From NCBI GenBank assembly GCA_007570915.1, contig RKSK01000076.1, positions 1-27,106 of the forward strand: a stretch of DNA of 27,106 nucleotides, read 5' to 3'. The translations under genes were made by a program, and so were the position numbers. Shown piece after piece: positions 1-8,569 of this stretch (position 1 is the stretch's first letter; every line of letters begins with the position of its first letter). The stretch is from Cenarchaeum sp. (GTDB lineage Archaea; Thermoproteota; Nitrososphaeria; Nitrososphaerales; Nitrosopumilaceae). The notes under the pieces were generated by a model. The model worked only from the letters and a program-made list of their open reading frames with translations. It did not search any database and was not told where the DNA came from.

Positions 1-141
1 GGCGGGCGCCTGGGCCTCTACCACCTCAACGGCCACAGCGCCACGGTCTCCTCGCGCAAGGCCCCGGAGGCAGCCGAGGCCGTAAACTCCGCGCTCGCGC
101 TGTACAGGGCGGCCGCGGAGGCGGCCCGCGCCCCCTCCTAG
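1..141 (+). CDS. 3' end of an upstream gene, unknown function (partial)
   Basis: Frame 1 is open from the window edge (GGRLGLYHLNGHSATVSSRKAPEAAEAVNSALALYRAAAEAARAPS) to TAG at 139-141, 21 nt before the ATPase ATG, with host-like codon usage. Confidence 0.55.
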   Translation, partial: GGRLGLYHLNGHSATVSSRKAPEAAEAVNSALALYRAAAEAARAPS

Positions 142-162
142 GGGGGCGCCCCGCGAGCGGGA

Positions 163-1728
163 ATGCTGGGGTTCCGCCGGCAGGGCGGCGAGTTTGGCCG
201 CCGGCCGGACATGATGGAGGGCGCCATACGCGACATGATCCGCGACGGCGTGCACAGGGAGCTCCATGCGCTTGACGTGGGCCACGCCTCCGTGCCGCGC
301 ACGATAAGGGAGGCAGACGTCATGGACTCGTACGCCGTCGGCGACGCGCGCGTGTTTGTCACGCGCGACGGGCGCTACATAGTCTCAGAGCCGGAGGTCA
401 CCCCCGAGCTCGAGGGCGCCATACACGCCCTGGCGAGCCACCTCTACATGTCCATGGACGCCGGCGCCGCGGGCCCGCCTGACGCCTCGGAGATCAAGGG
501 CCGCATATGGCAGGCCGCCTCGGAGCTGGGCCTCTCGGGGGTCGTCTCGGCCAACCATGACGAGATCAGCTATTACGTGAGGCGCGCGTACGGGTACTGG
601 AGCCTGGACGTGCTCTTTCGCGACGACAACATCGAGGACATAATGATCCCCGGGAGGGCCGCCGTCGGCGTGGTCCTGCGGGCGCACAAGGGCCACCCAG
701 TGTACCGGACAAACGTCCGCCTCGGGACGGACGCAGAGTTTGACAGCCTCGTCACGCGAATACTCGAAAAGTGCGACGCGCACGCGAGCAACGCCGAGCC
801 CATAGTCGACGCGGTGACGCCCGAGGGGGACCGCGTCTCGGTCGCCTTTAGGCGCGAGGTCTCCGCCGGGACCGCCATGAACGTGCGCAAGTTCTCGCGC
901 ACGCCGCTCACCATAGCGGACCTGATCCGCGGCGGCATGCTCACCCCGATGATGGCCGCATACTGGTGGACGCTCGTGGACGCCATGTCGTTCAACATCG
1001 TGGTCGGCGTGACATCATCAGGCAAGACCACGCTGGCAAACGCGCTCCTTGCGCTTGCGCACCCGGACTGGATGATAGTCACGGTGGAGGACACCCCGGA
1101 GATGCGCCTCCCGCACAGGCACCTCCTCTCGCTGCGCACGCGCGCGTCCGCGCTCAACAAGAGCCTGTCATACCGCATCGAGGACCTCATACCCGTGACG
1201 CTGCGCCACAACCCGCACCTTGTCATAGTCGGCGAGGCGCGCAGCCGCGACGCGATATACGCCGCGTTTGAGAACGCGGCGGCAGGCCACGGCGGGGTCA
1301 CCACGCTCCACGCGCCAAGCGCCAAAAAGACGATCGAGAGGGTCCGGTTTGCGGGCGTCGACAGCACGTACCTCTCGCTCCTCTGGACGGTCTGGCACTG
1401 CCGCGAGGTCCGGTCCCCGAGGCACGGGAGGGCCGTCCGGCGCGTCTCCGGCGTGGTCGAGGTCAGCATGGATCACGGCGACGGGCCGGAGCCGCGCATG
1501 GACACGATATTCGGGCATGACGCGCTTGGCGACACGTTCACCGAGTACAGCCCGCGCGGGCTCCTCGCCAAGAGCGCGAGGCTGCGCGAGGCCGCCGAGA
1601 GCCTCGGGACGGAGGACCCCGCCGCCGACCTTGGGCGCCGCGTCTCCATACTCGAGGAGTGCGTCGCGTCAAACCCGCGCTCGCCATCCGAGGTGATGCG
1701 CGCGACGGCCATGTACTATCGCGCTTAA
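163..1728 (+). CDS. Type II/IV secretion system ATPase (VirB11/TadA/CpaF/FlaI family)
   Basis: Walker A GVTSSGKTT, Asp box IVTVEDTPEM, Walker B region LRHNPHLVIVGEARS, His box GHGGVTTLHA; N-terminal 'LFRDDNIEDIMI' and 'PIVDAVTPEGDRV' segments typical of archaeal secretion ATPases. The start could alternatively be ATG 211/214. Confidence 0.93.
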   Translation: MLGFRRQGGEFGRRPDMMEGAIRDMIRDGVHRELHALDVGHASVPRTIREADVMDSYAVGDARVFVTRDGRYIVSEPEVTPELEGAIHALASHLYMSMDAGAAGPPDASEIKGRIWQAASELGLSGVVSANHDEISYYVRRAYGYWSLDVLFRDDNIEDIMIPGRAAVGVVLRAHKGHPVYRTNVRLGTDAEFDSLVTRILEKCDAHASNAEPIVDAVTPEGDRVSVAFRREVSAGTAMNVRKFSRTPLTIADLIRGGMLTPMMAAYWWTLVDAMSFNIVVGVTSSGKTTLANALLALAHPDWMIVTVEDTPEMRLPHRHLLSLRTRASALNKSLSYRIEDLIPVTLRHNPHLVIVGEARSRDAIYAAFENAAAGHGGVTTLHAPSAKKTIERVRFAGVDSTYLSLLWTVWHCREVRSPRHGRAVRRVSGVVEVSMDHGDGPEPRMDTIFGHDALGDTFTEYSPRGLLAKSARLREAAESLGTEDPAADLGRRVSILEECVASNPRSPSEVMRATAMYYRA

Positions 1729-1730
1729 AT
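1725..1730 (+). promoter_or_regulatory. TATA box (TTAAAT) for the VirB4-like gene, overlapping the ATPase TAA stop
   Basis: AT-rich TTAAAT begins 28 nt before ATG 1753, the spacing expected for a leaderless archaeal transcript. Confidence 0.6.
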
Positions 1731-1752
1731 TGGATTTTTGCGCGTGCGCTCG

Positions 1753-3645
1753 ATGCCAACGGACGGGGCCGCGCGCGACCCGCGCACAGAGCTGATGGAC
1801 CGGCGCTACGTCTACAGGATATACCCCGTGAACCTCGACGGCATGCACGACGACGAGCGCGCAAAGGCGCTCTCGGGCTTTTCTGCGCTCCTCCTCGGGA
1901 TAACGAGGCCCATGGCGATATGGGTCTCGCGCAGGCCCGTGGAGGTCGAGGTCGGGGACCGCACGGTGAGGATGGTGGTCCCGGAGGCCCACCTCGCCTC
2001 ATCCGAGCCGCTTGACTCGGCGCTCGGCCCGTCGGGCCTCCAGTTCACGGTGAGCTCCGGCCTCGCGAGGCCGGCGGTCCGCAGGCACTCCCTGCGCGGC
2101 CTGGAGCTGGCCGACGGGCGCACGGCGCGCTGCTTTGCGTTCTACTCCCTGCCTAGCGCGCTGCCGCCGGCGTGGATAATGGACCTGATGAACATGGGCG
2201 TCGACGCCCACGCGGGGGGCGCGCACGAGCGCCTCCTCGAGGCCGCATGCGTGGCGATCCGCCCGATCGAGCAGCACATAGCGGCCACGCGGATGCGCGG
2301 GTTCACCGAGAACCTAAAGGTGATCGCGGCGCGCGACGCCGCCGAGTCGGCCCAGCTCGAGGCCGCGCAGCGCATCACGACCATGCTCTCCAACAACCGC
2401 ACGCGCCTCTTTGGCGTCACCGTCACGGCGATCCTCGCCGGCAAGGCCGACGAGCTGCAGAGGCGGGAGAGGCGCCTGGCGATGTACTGCAAGCAGAGCT
2501 TCTGCAAGGTTGACGCCCCCGCCGCGCTGCACCTTGACCTGTGGAACGCGCGCGACTCGACCGGCGCCGACCTGACGCTTGACCTTGACAGCATGCCCCC
2601 CCTCTTCGCGTTTGCCTCCAACGACCTCATGGAGACGCCGGGGGGGATAGCGATCGGCACGTCGTCGCACACGGGCGCGCCGATAATATTCAACTACCGC
2701 ATGAGGCCAAACTACAACACGGCGATAATAGGGTGGTCCGGCGCGGGCAAGTCGTTCCTGACAAAGATGCTCGCGCGCCGCTTTTTGCGCAAAAACCCGG
2801 ACGCCACGCTGCTGGGAATAGACCCAAAGAGCGAGTACGCCGCGGGGCTCTCGGACGTGGAGGGGATGAGGATAGTGGACGTGGAGATGTCGCGGCAGCT
2901 GGGGTTTGACCCGTTCAGGATCTTTGACGACAACCCGACGCTGGCCGCCGGCTTTCTTGCCGACATTGCCGACGTGGGAGGGGACGTCAAGGCGCGCAAG
3001 GCCTTCAAGGCAGTGGCGCAGGGGTGCTCCTCGCTGGCCGACATGTACGGCCACCTGCGCGAGATGGGCGAGGGCAGGGACTACCACACCTACCTTGACG
3101 ACTTTGTGAGGGGAGGGCAGTCCGAGGTGTTTAGGGGGGAAGCGACGTTTGGGAACCGCACGATCCTGGCGTTCAATGACGCCAGCGAGGACGACGAGCG
3201 CATACTCCTCCTGCTCTCGCTCGGCAAGTTCTGGAAGATGATCCGCTCAATGCCGCGCCACGTGCCCAAGCTGCTCATAATCGACGAGGGCTGGAAGCTC
3301 TTTAGGCACCGCAGCATAGCGCAGTATGTCATGTCCATAGCGAAGCTCGGCAGGGCGTACAACGTCTGGTGCATATTCATAGTGCAGGAGCTCAGCGACA
3401 TGGTGAGCACGGTGGAGGGAAAGTCGTACCTGAACAACGCGGGCACAAAGTTCCTGATGAAGAACACCGAGTCCGAGGCGCAGATGCTCCTGGAGCACAT
3501 GGGCCTCTCCGAGGAGGAGAGGGACACGATAACCGCCTTTGACACGGGCGAGTGCCTCCTCCTGACCGACAGGCACCGCCTCCTCGTGAGCATAGAGCCC
3601 CTCCATGACGAGTATGAGATGTTTGACACAAACCCAAACTCGTGA
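1753..3645 (+). CDS. VirB4/TraC-like (FtsK-HerA superfamily) ATPase
   Basis: Walker A AIIGWSGAGKS, GIDPKSEY motif, Walker B LLIIDEGW, KLGRAYN...FIVQ motif, C-terminal GECLL; N-terminal 'YRIYPVNL...ERAKALSGFSALL' region resembles archaeal VirB4-like proteins. ATG 1753 chosen over TTG 1738 because of TATA spacing (630 aa). Confidence 0.85.
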   Translation: MPTDGAARDPRTELMDRRYVYRIYPVNLDGMHDDERAKALSGFSALLLGITRPMAIWVSRRPVEVEVGDRTVRMVVPEAHLASSEPLDSALGPSGLQFTVSSGLARPAVRRHSLRGLELADGRTARCFAFYSLPSALPPAWIMDLMNMGVDAHAGGAHERLLEAACVAIRPIEQHIAATRMRGFTENLKVIAARDAAESAQLEAAQRITTMLSNNRTRLFGVTVTAILAGKADELQRRERRLAMYCKQSFCKVDAPAALHLDLWNARDSTGADLTLDLDSMPPLFAFASNDLMETPGGIAIGTSSHTGAPIIFNYRMRPNYNTAIIGWSGAGKSFLTKMLARRFLRKNPDATLLGIDPKSEYAAGLSDVEGMRIVDVEMSRQLGFDPFRIFDDNPTLAAGFLADIADVGGDVKARKAFKAVAQGCSSLADMYGHLREMGEGRDYHTYLDDFVRGGQSEVFRGEATFGNRTILAFNDASEDDERILLLLSLGKFWKMIRSMPRHVPKLLIIDEGWKLFRHRSIAQYVMSIAKLGRAYNVWCIFIVQELSDMVSTVEGKSYLNNAGTKFLMKNTESEAQMLLEHMGLSEEERDTITAFDTGECLLLTDRHRLLVSIEPLHDEYEMFDTNPNS

Positions 3646-3675
3646 GCGCCGCGCCGCCGCGGGGGGCGCGCGCGC

Positions 3676-4152
3676 ATGACCGCGATGGTCTCCATGGCCC
3701 TCGCCGTCATGGTGACCGCCGGCCTCGCGCTTGCCGCCGCCGACCACCTCTCCGAGCGCGTCGGGCAGGCCTCCTCGCGCCCCGAGATATCGGCCTCCGG
3801 CCTTGGCCTCGAGTCCATCGGGGCGGGCCACGCGATCCTGCACGGCATGGTGGCGAACCCGGGGACAGTCGCCGTGCGCGTCTCGTCGGTGAGCGTGGCC
3901 GGCCCCGTGGCCGGGACGTGCGACGCCGGCGCGTGCGCCCTCGAGCTCTCCGTGGCGCGGGCCGGCGGGCCGCCGTGCGCGGTGGGGGGCGAGGGCAGCC
4001 CGTGCACGCTGCTGCCCGGCGAGGCCATGGCCATAGGCCCGTCGGTCCACGCAATCGGCGTCGCGCCGCGCGAGCGCTACGTGGTCATGGTGACCGCCGA
4101 GCCGGACTCGGGCGGCTCGGTGTCGCTTGCGAGGGGGGTCTTGGCGAGGTGA
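3676..4152 (+). CDS. Pilin/FlaG-like single-pass membrane protein
   Basis: N-terminal hydrophobic helix (MVSMALAVMVTAGLALAAA), followed by a beta-rich domain with the 'VANPG' motif typical of archaeal pilin-like domains, and four Cys. Its stop overlaps the next start (GTGA). Confidence 0.65.
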   Translation: MTAMVSMALAVMVTAGLALAAADHLSERVGQASSRPEISASGLGLESIGAGHAILHGMVANPGTVAVRVSSVSVAGPVAGTCDAGACALELSVARAGGPPCAVGGEGSPCTLLPGEAMAIGPSVHAIGVAPRERYVVMVTAEPDSGGSVSLARGVLAR

Positions 4153-4649
4153 GCCGCGTGCGCGCGCGCCTGGCCTCGGAGATTGTGGGGTTTGCGATGC
4201 TCTTTGGGATCGTCGCCGCCGCCGGCGCGGCCCTCCTCCACTTTGTGGGCGAGGGCCTCGAGTCCGCCGGCGTGGCATCCGAGTCGGCGATGCGCCAGAG
4301 GATCTCGAGGCTCGGCGAGACGCTGCGCGTCATACGCGCCGAGGCGCCCGAGTCCGCCGCGCCGGCCCCGTGGACCGCGAGGGTGGAGGCGGTCAACGCC
4401 GGCGACTCTGAGATTGTGATTGACGCGGTGCACTACTCGCACGGCGGCGCAATCACCTCGTCGGCGGGGTGCGAGACGATGCAAAAGGTGGGCGGCGCGG
4501 GGGCCGGGGGGGCCTGCGCGCTTGAGGCGGGCATGCTGTCTGACCTGCGCTTTAGCCCCGCGCCGGACGCGGGGATATCCGGGGACGGCGTGGGGGTGCT
4601 CGTGGTCACGAGGGCCGGCAACGCGATATGGCTGGTGGGCGGCCCATGA
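4149..4649 (+). CDS. Pilin/FlaG/FlaF-like protein
   Basis: GTG 4149 overlaps the upstream TGA. MSRVRARLASEIVGFAMLFGIVAAAGAALL is a basic n-region plus SEIVG hydrophobic helix; also 'E.LRVI', 'VNAGDSEIVID' and C-terminal 'VVTRAGN' motifs. This is the real second half of the 335-aa track ORF 3642..4649. Confidence 0.75.
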   Translation: MSRVRARLASEIVGFAMLFGIVAAAGAALLHFVGEGLESAGVASESAMRQRISRLGETLRVIRAEAPESAAPAPWTARVEAVNAGDSEIVIDAVHYSHGGAITSSAGCETMQKVGGAGAGGACALEAGMLSDLRFSPAPDAGISGDGVGVLVVTRAGNAIWLVGGP

Positions 4650-7099
4650 GGGCAGCGCGCGCGCTGGCCCTTGCGGCCGCCGCGGCCATCGCCGCCGCGC
4701 ATGCCGGCGACGCCTGCGCGCAGGGGGCCGCCGGCGACACGCTCCACTCGCAGCAGCACACGGCGGGCAGCGACAGGGTCTACATACACACAAAGCACTA
4801 CACGTACATACGCGAGGCGTGCAAGGTGCACACGTCGCTGGACATAATGCCGGTCATGCACGGCCCCCACAGGAGAAACAACCCCGACAGGACGTTCTAC
4901 CCGGGGGACGCGCTGGCGTACAGGACGGGCATGGGCGTGGAGGGGTGCAGCGCCGTCAAGTCCTGCCCCGTCGAGGTTCCCGGCGGCGAGGGCGAGTGCT
5001 CCGCCCCGCGGGTAAAGTGCTCCTATAGCCGCCGCGGCGGGTGCCGCCCGTCGGGGTTTGAGGGCCTCGCTGGGGGCGGCCCGGGCAGCGAGAGCGGCGA
5101 GGTCGCGCTGCCCACGGACATTTACGGGCCCGACGAGTCGTACCGCGTGGCAAAGCGCGCCTACGCAATGGCCGAGGTCACGGTGATACTGCACGGAAAG
5201 CTCCACACCGGATACCACACGTTTGCCTCCGAGTCGGCCTTTCCTGTCCGCGTGCTGGACCCCGGCCTGTCCATCACGCTGTCGCACATGCCCCTGGCGG
5301 ACGCCGAGGGGCACACGGCCGCAAACCTCGACGGGACCTACTATGTGTGGGATCCCATAAACGTGGTCCACGAGGTGGACTATGCGTGGAAGACGGAGAG
5401 GATTGGCACGATCTCCGCGACGCACTCAAAGGCGCACGGGATCCTGGACCTGGTGCAGGAGCTCGAGTGCCGGGAGGCCTCGTGCACGCTAGTGGCCGGC
5501 GGAATCCGCTCGTACGACCCGCTGCCAGTCGCGCACGGGTACGCCGGGGGCTCGTCGCTGTACAACTCGTCATGCGCCGTGGGCGCGACGCTGGATCCGG
5601 CCTCGGCGGCATGCTCAGAGTACCACGCGCGCCACACGGTCTCGTACACCGCCTCCGTCCGCAACGCGGTCACGGGCACGCCGATACGCACGGGCGAGGC
5701 CCGCGCGCACTCTGTGGCAGAGGAGACCAGGCCGCTCATCGTGCGCTACGACCCGCAGTTTGGGGAGCCCTACGCCTATGTCTCGCTGGCCGACGCGGCG
5801 CGCGAGGAGGGCGACTGGGCATGGTCAAAGAGGCACGTCATGGCCGTGAGGTACCTCGGGTCGGCGGGCGGGGGGCAGGACGACGCCGGCGCCGGCCCGC
5901 ACGGGATGCGCAGGGCGCTCCTAAACGTCCTGGACTACGAGGGCACGGCGCGCTACCTCACCGGCGAGATCGGCATAGGGGTGGCCCTGGCCTGGAACGC
6001 CACGGGCGGGCCGTCGGGCCGCGACGCCGAGAGGTGCACGCCGCACGACGCGGGCCTCGTCGAGGGCGCGCTGCGCCTGGGCCGCAAGCCGGCCTCGGCA
6101 ATGTTCACGCAGGCCTCGTACGGCCGCGCCTACCTGGAATACCCAATCTCGGGGTTTATGGTCGCCAACGGCGCGGACACGGCGACGCTGCGCAACACCG
6201 TCCTGACGGGGGGGTTTGGCGGGCACGAGCTGCGCGAGCTCGTCTCGTACAACTATACCTACCCGCGCGCGCGCTTTGCGGTGCCCGCAAGCGTCGCACT
6301 CGTGGGCAGCGGGGGGCCGGCCGAGGAGGGGAGCGTGTCGGCGGAGATCGTGCCCACCGCCGTCGCAGGCGCGTTTGGGGCCACGGAGGGGCCGTCCTAC
6401 CTGCATGACCGCATATGCGAGAGCGCCACGCTCGAGTCCGGCGACGCCGAGATCGCCAACATGGTCGTCTCGGACATGTACCCGCGCGAGATGCGCGTGG
6501 ACTCGACGACGCCCCGCGCGGACTATGTCCTAAACCGCACGGGGGTCTCGTTTACGGACGTGTACGCGCTTGCGGCCGGCAGCGTCGCCGAGCTTGGCTC
6601 CAACGCGATATACGAGGCCCCCTCGTCATACGTCTTTTCATATGGCGCCACTCGCGCGGGGGAGTCTCGCACGCGCAGCCTGACTGCGGCGGTCCTGTTC
6701 ACGTCCCCCATAGTGGAGATCGCCAACATGGACGCGGGCAACGCGATCGACTATGCCGTGTCGTGCCCGCAGTGCGCCCACACCACGCTGCAGGCCAGGC
6801 CGCGCGCGGCCTTTGGCGACGTCGTCTCCGTGGAGGTCAACGGCAAGCGCTCCGGGGTGTCGTGCTCGGAGGCGCACGGCTGCACGGTCTCGGCCGTCAA
6901 GGGCGCAGACAACGAGGTCACGCTCACCAACGCGTGGGGAGGGACCGCGCGGGCGACGGTCTTTGTGGGGGCGGTTGACGCCGACGAGGGCCTCGGGTTC
7001 GACGTTGGCGCAGCCATGCTCGCCGCCGTCATCGCCGTGGCCGCGCTTGCCGCATGGCGCCTTGCGGGCCGCCTTGCCGACATGGTTGCCGCGCGCTAG
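4646..7099 (+). CDS. Large exported, C-terminally membrane-anchored protein, unknown function
   Basis: ATGA overlap with the previous stop; Sec-type signal MRAARALALAAAAAIAAAHA; many Cys; C-terminal helix AAMLAAVIAVAALAAW followed by basic residues; 817 aa. Confidence 0.8.
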   Translation: MRAARALALAAAAAIAAAHAGDACAQGAAGDTLHSQQHTAGSDRVYIHTKHYTYIREACKVHTSLDIMPVMHGPHRRNNPDRTFYPGDALAYRTGMGVEGCSAVKSCPVEVPGGEGECSAPRVKCSYSRRGGCRPSGFEGLAGGGPGSESGEVALPTDIYGPDESYRVAKRAYAMAEVTVILHGKLHTGYHTFASESAFPVRVLDPGLSITLSHMPLADAEGHTAANLDGTYYVWDPINVVHEVDYAWKTERIGTISATHSKAHGILDLVQELECREASCTLVAGGIRSYDPLPVAHGYAGGSSLYNSSCAVGATLDPASAACSEYHARHTVSYTASVRNAVTGTPIRTGEARAHSVAEETRPLIVRYDPQFGEPYAYVSLADAAREEGDWAWSKRHVMAVRYLGSAGGGQDDAGAGPHGMRRALLNVLDYEGTARYLTGEIGIGVALAWNATGGPSGRDAERCTPHDAGLVEGALRLGRKPASAMFTQASYGRAYLEYPISGFMVANGADTATLRNTVLTGGFGGHELRELVSYNYTYPRARFAVPASVALVGSGGPAEEGSVSAEIVPTAVAGAFGATEGPSYLHDRICESATLESGDAEIANMVVSDMYPREMRVDSTTPRADYVLNRTGVSFTDVYALAAGSVAELGSNAIYEAPSSYVFSYGATRAGESRTRSLTAAVLFTSPIVEIANMDAGNAIDYAVSCPQCAHTTLQARPRAAFGDVVSVEVNGKRSGVSCSEAHGCTVSAVKGADNEVTLTNAWGGTARATVFVGAVDADEGLGFDVGAAMLAAVIAVAALAAWRLAGRLADMVAAR

Positions 7100-7113
7100 G
7101 GCGCCCGCGGGCG

Positions 7114-7143
7114 GGGCCGCGCGGCCCGTTTCCCCTTTTATCC
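7114..7143 (+). promoter_or_regulatory. 14-bp palindrome followed by T-rich tract/TATA box (possible terminator plus promoter)
   Basis: GGGCCGCGCGGCCC (7114-7127) is a perfect palindrome just after stop 7099. TTTTATCC at 7136-7143 lies about 30 nt before ATG 7169. Confidence 0.4.
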
Positions 7144-7168
7144 AAAATCTGCGCGCACGCCTGCGTGC

Positions 7169-8569
7169 ATGGAAGTGGCCGGCAGAATGAAGGCGTTGGC
7201 GCGTGGGCACACGCGAGGTGCCCGTGGCGGGCGCCCCCGCGCCGTGTGGGGGCGGGCCGCCCTCGCCGCCCTTGCCGCCCTAGCGGCATGCCCGTCGCCG
7301 GCCCTGGCCGTGCCCGGCGAGCTGCCCCGCGCCGGGGTGCCCACGTGGCACCTCGGCGAGGGCCTCGCCGAGGGCGACTCGTTCACGTACCTGCTGTGCG
7401 CCGGCCACGACCTGCCGTCGATCGCCTCAAGGTGCGTCACGGCGCGCCTCGAGTTTGTCGCGGTCCTCGACGAGTGGCACGGGCCGGTGTGGGTGGCCCA
7501 GGCGCGCTTTGGCGTCCCCGGCGGGCCCGGCCCTGGCCAGGACGCGGTCCTGAGGATCGGCGCCGAGGGGAGGCTTGGCGTGTCAGCCGACGCGCGCCAC
7601 GGCGCCATGGTCTCGGTCATGCGCGAGACGCTCCTCTGGATCGACGCGCACGCCGGCCGCCACGAGCCCAGGGGCCTCGCCGTCGGCGAGGCATGGGGCG
7701 AGGGCGACGGCGCCCTCCACGTGCTGGCAGTCGGCATCGAGGAGGTGGGGGGCGCCGAGGCAGAGGTGGCAAGCGTGGGGTACCCCGGCCGGCCCGGCAC
7801 GCTAATCCGCGTGGCCGACGGGTTTCCGTTTCCGCTCGACGCCAGGGTCTACGGCCGGCTCGGCCCAGTCGAGCGCCTCGTGCTCGAGGTGGAGCTCGTG
7901 GCGCACTCGCGCCACGCGCAGGGGGACGGCCATGGCTCGCGGGGCGCAGCCGGCGCGCCGGGGGCCGCGGCGGATGATGGGGGGACCGAGACGGAGACGC
8001 TCGTGGCCTCGGACACGCGCGGCGCCGCCGAGGCCATAGCGCGCGCGTGCGGCGAGGCCGACGGGACGCAGGAGACCGTGGCCGAGCTCTGCGCAGGGGG
8101 CGCGACAGGCCCCGCGTGGGGGCGGCCGTGGGGCGCGGGATGGCCCGGCCCGCCAGGCGAGCCGCCCGGCGAGCCGCCCGGCGGCGCCTGGGGGGACTGG
8201 CGCGCGGCATGCTCGGGAAGCTTGCTGGAGGCGACGTGCTACCGGGGCATCGTCACGTCCGCTGACGGGGCGACGCTGGGCATAGACGGCGTGCCCACGC
8301 GCCTCTCGCTGGTGCAGGCCGGCCCCGGGGACGGCGCCTCCTCGCTCCTCCTCTCCGAGTGCGAGCCGGGCTCGTGGGTGACGGTTGACATTGACGACGC
8401 CATGCCCATAGACGCCGCCGGCCTGCCGGTGGCCGCGGTCCACTGCGGGGGCGGCGGGCCGGTCAACGCGGTGATGGCCTCCTCGGAGCACGCCACAATC
8501 GACGAGGCCTCGTGCGCCGCGTCCGAGTTTGCGCTCCACGAGTGGGCCGCGCGGGGGTGTGGTGGCTAG
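7169..8569 (+). CDS. Exported two-domain protein with C-terminal degenerate SNase (thermonuclease)-like domain
   Basis: Signal peptide AALAALAALAAC/PSPALA (possible LAAC lipobox); N-domain starting WHLGEGLAEGDSFTYLLC; G/P/W-rich linker; C-domain GIVTSADGATL-GIDGVPTRLSLVQA...CEPGSWVTVDIDD...VAAVHC...VNAVM...CAASEF..EWA resembles thaumarchaeal thermonuclease-family proteins. Confidence 0.7.
   Translation: MEVAGRMKALARGHTRGARGGRPRAVWGRAALAALAALAACPSPALAVPGELPRAGVPTWHLGEGLAEGDSFTYLLCAGHDLPSIASRCVTARLEFVAVLDEWHGPVWVAQARFGVPGGPGPGQDAVLRIGAEGRLGVSADARHGAMVSVMRETLLWIDAHAGRHEPRGLAVGEAWGEGDGALHVLAVGIEEVGGAEAEVASVGYPGRPGTLIRVADGFPFPLDARVYGRLGPVERLVLEVELVAHSRHAQGDGHGSRGAAGAPGAAADDGGTETETLVASDTRGAAEAIARACGEADGTQETVAELCAGGATGPAWGRPWGAGWPGPPGEPPGEPPGGAWGDWRAACSGSLLEATCYRGIVTSADGATLGIDGVPTRLSLVQAGPGDGASSLLLSECEPGSWVTVDIDDAMPIDAAGLPVAAVHCGGGGPVNAVMASSEHATIDEASCAASEFALHEWAARGCGG

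Noticed and set aside
3643-3675. TGA readthrough (selenocysteine) fusing VirB4 to the pilin-like gene in the same frame
   Set aside because: No catalytic context for Sec and no recognisable SECIS; a cytoplasmic ATPase-pilin fusion is implausible.
3642-4649. 335-aa ORF as one fused protein
   Set aside because: The first half is Arg/Pro-rich shadow sequence over the 3676 gene; only the part from GTG 4149 is protein-like.
163-4649. Archaellum (FlaI/ArlI) operon
   Set aside because: No archaellin, FlaH/ArlH (RecA-like) or FlaJ, and no chemotaxis genes; a VirB4-like ATPase follows instead.
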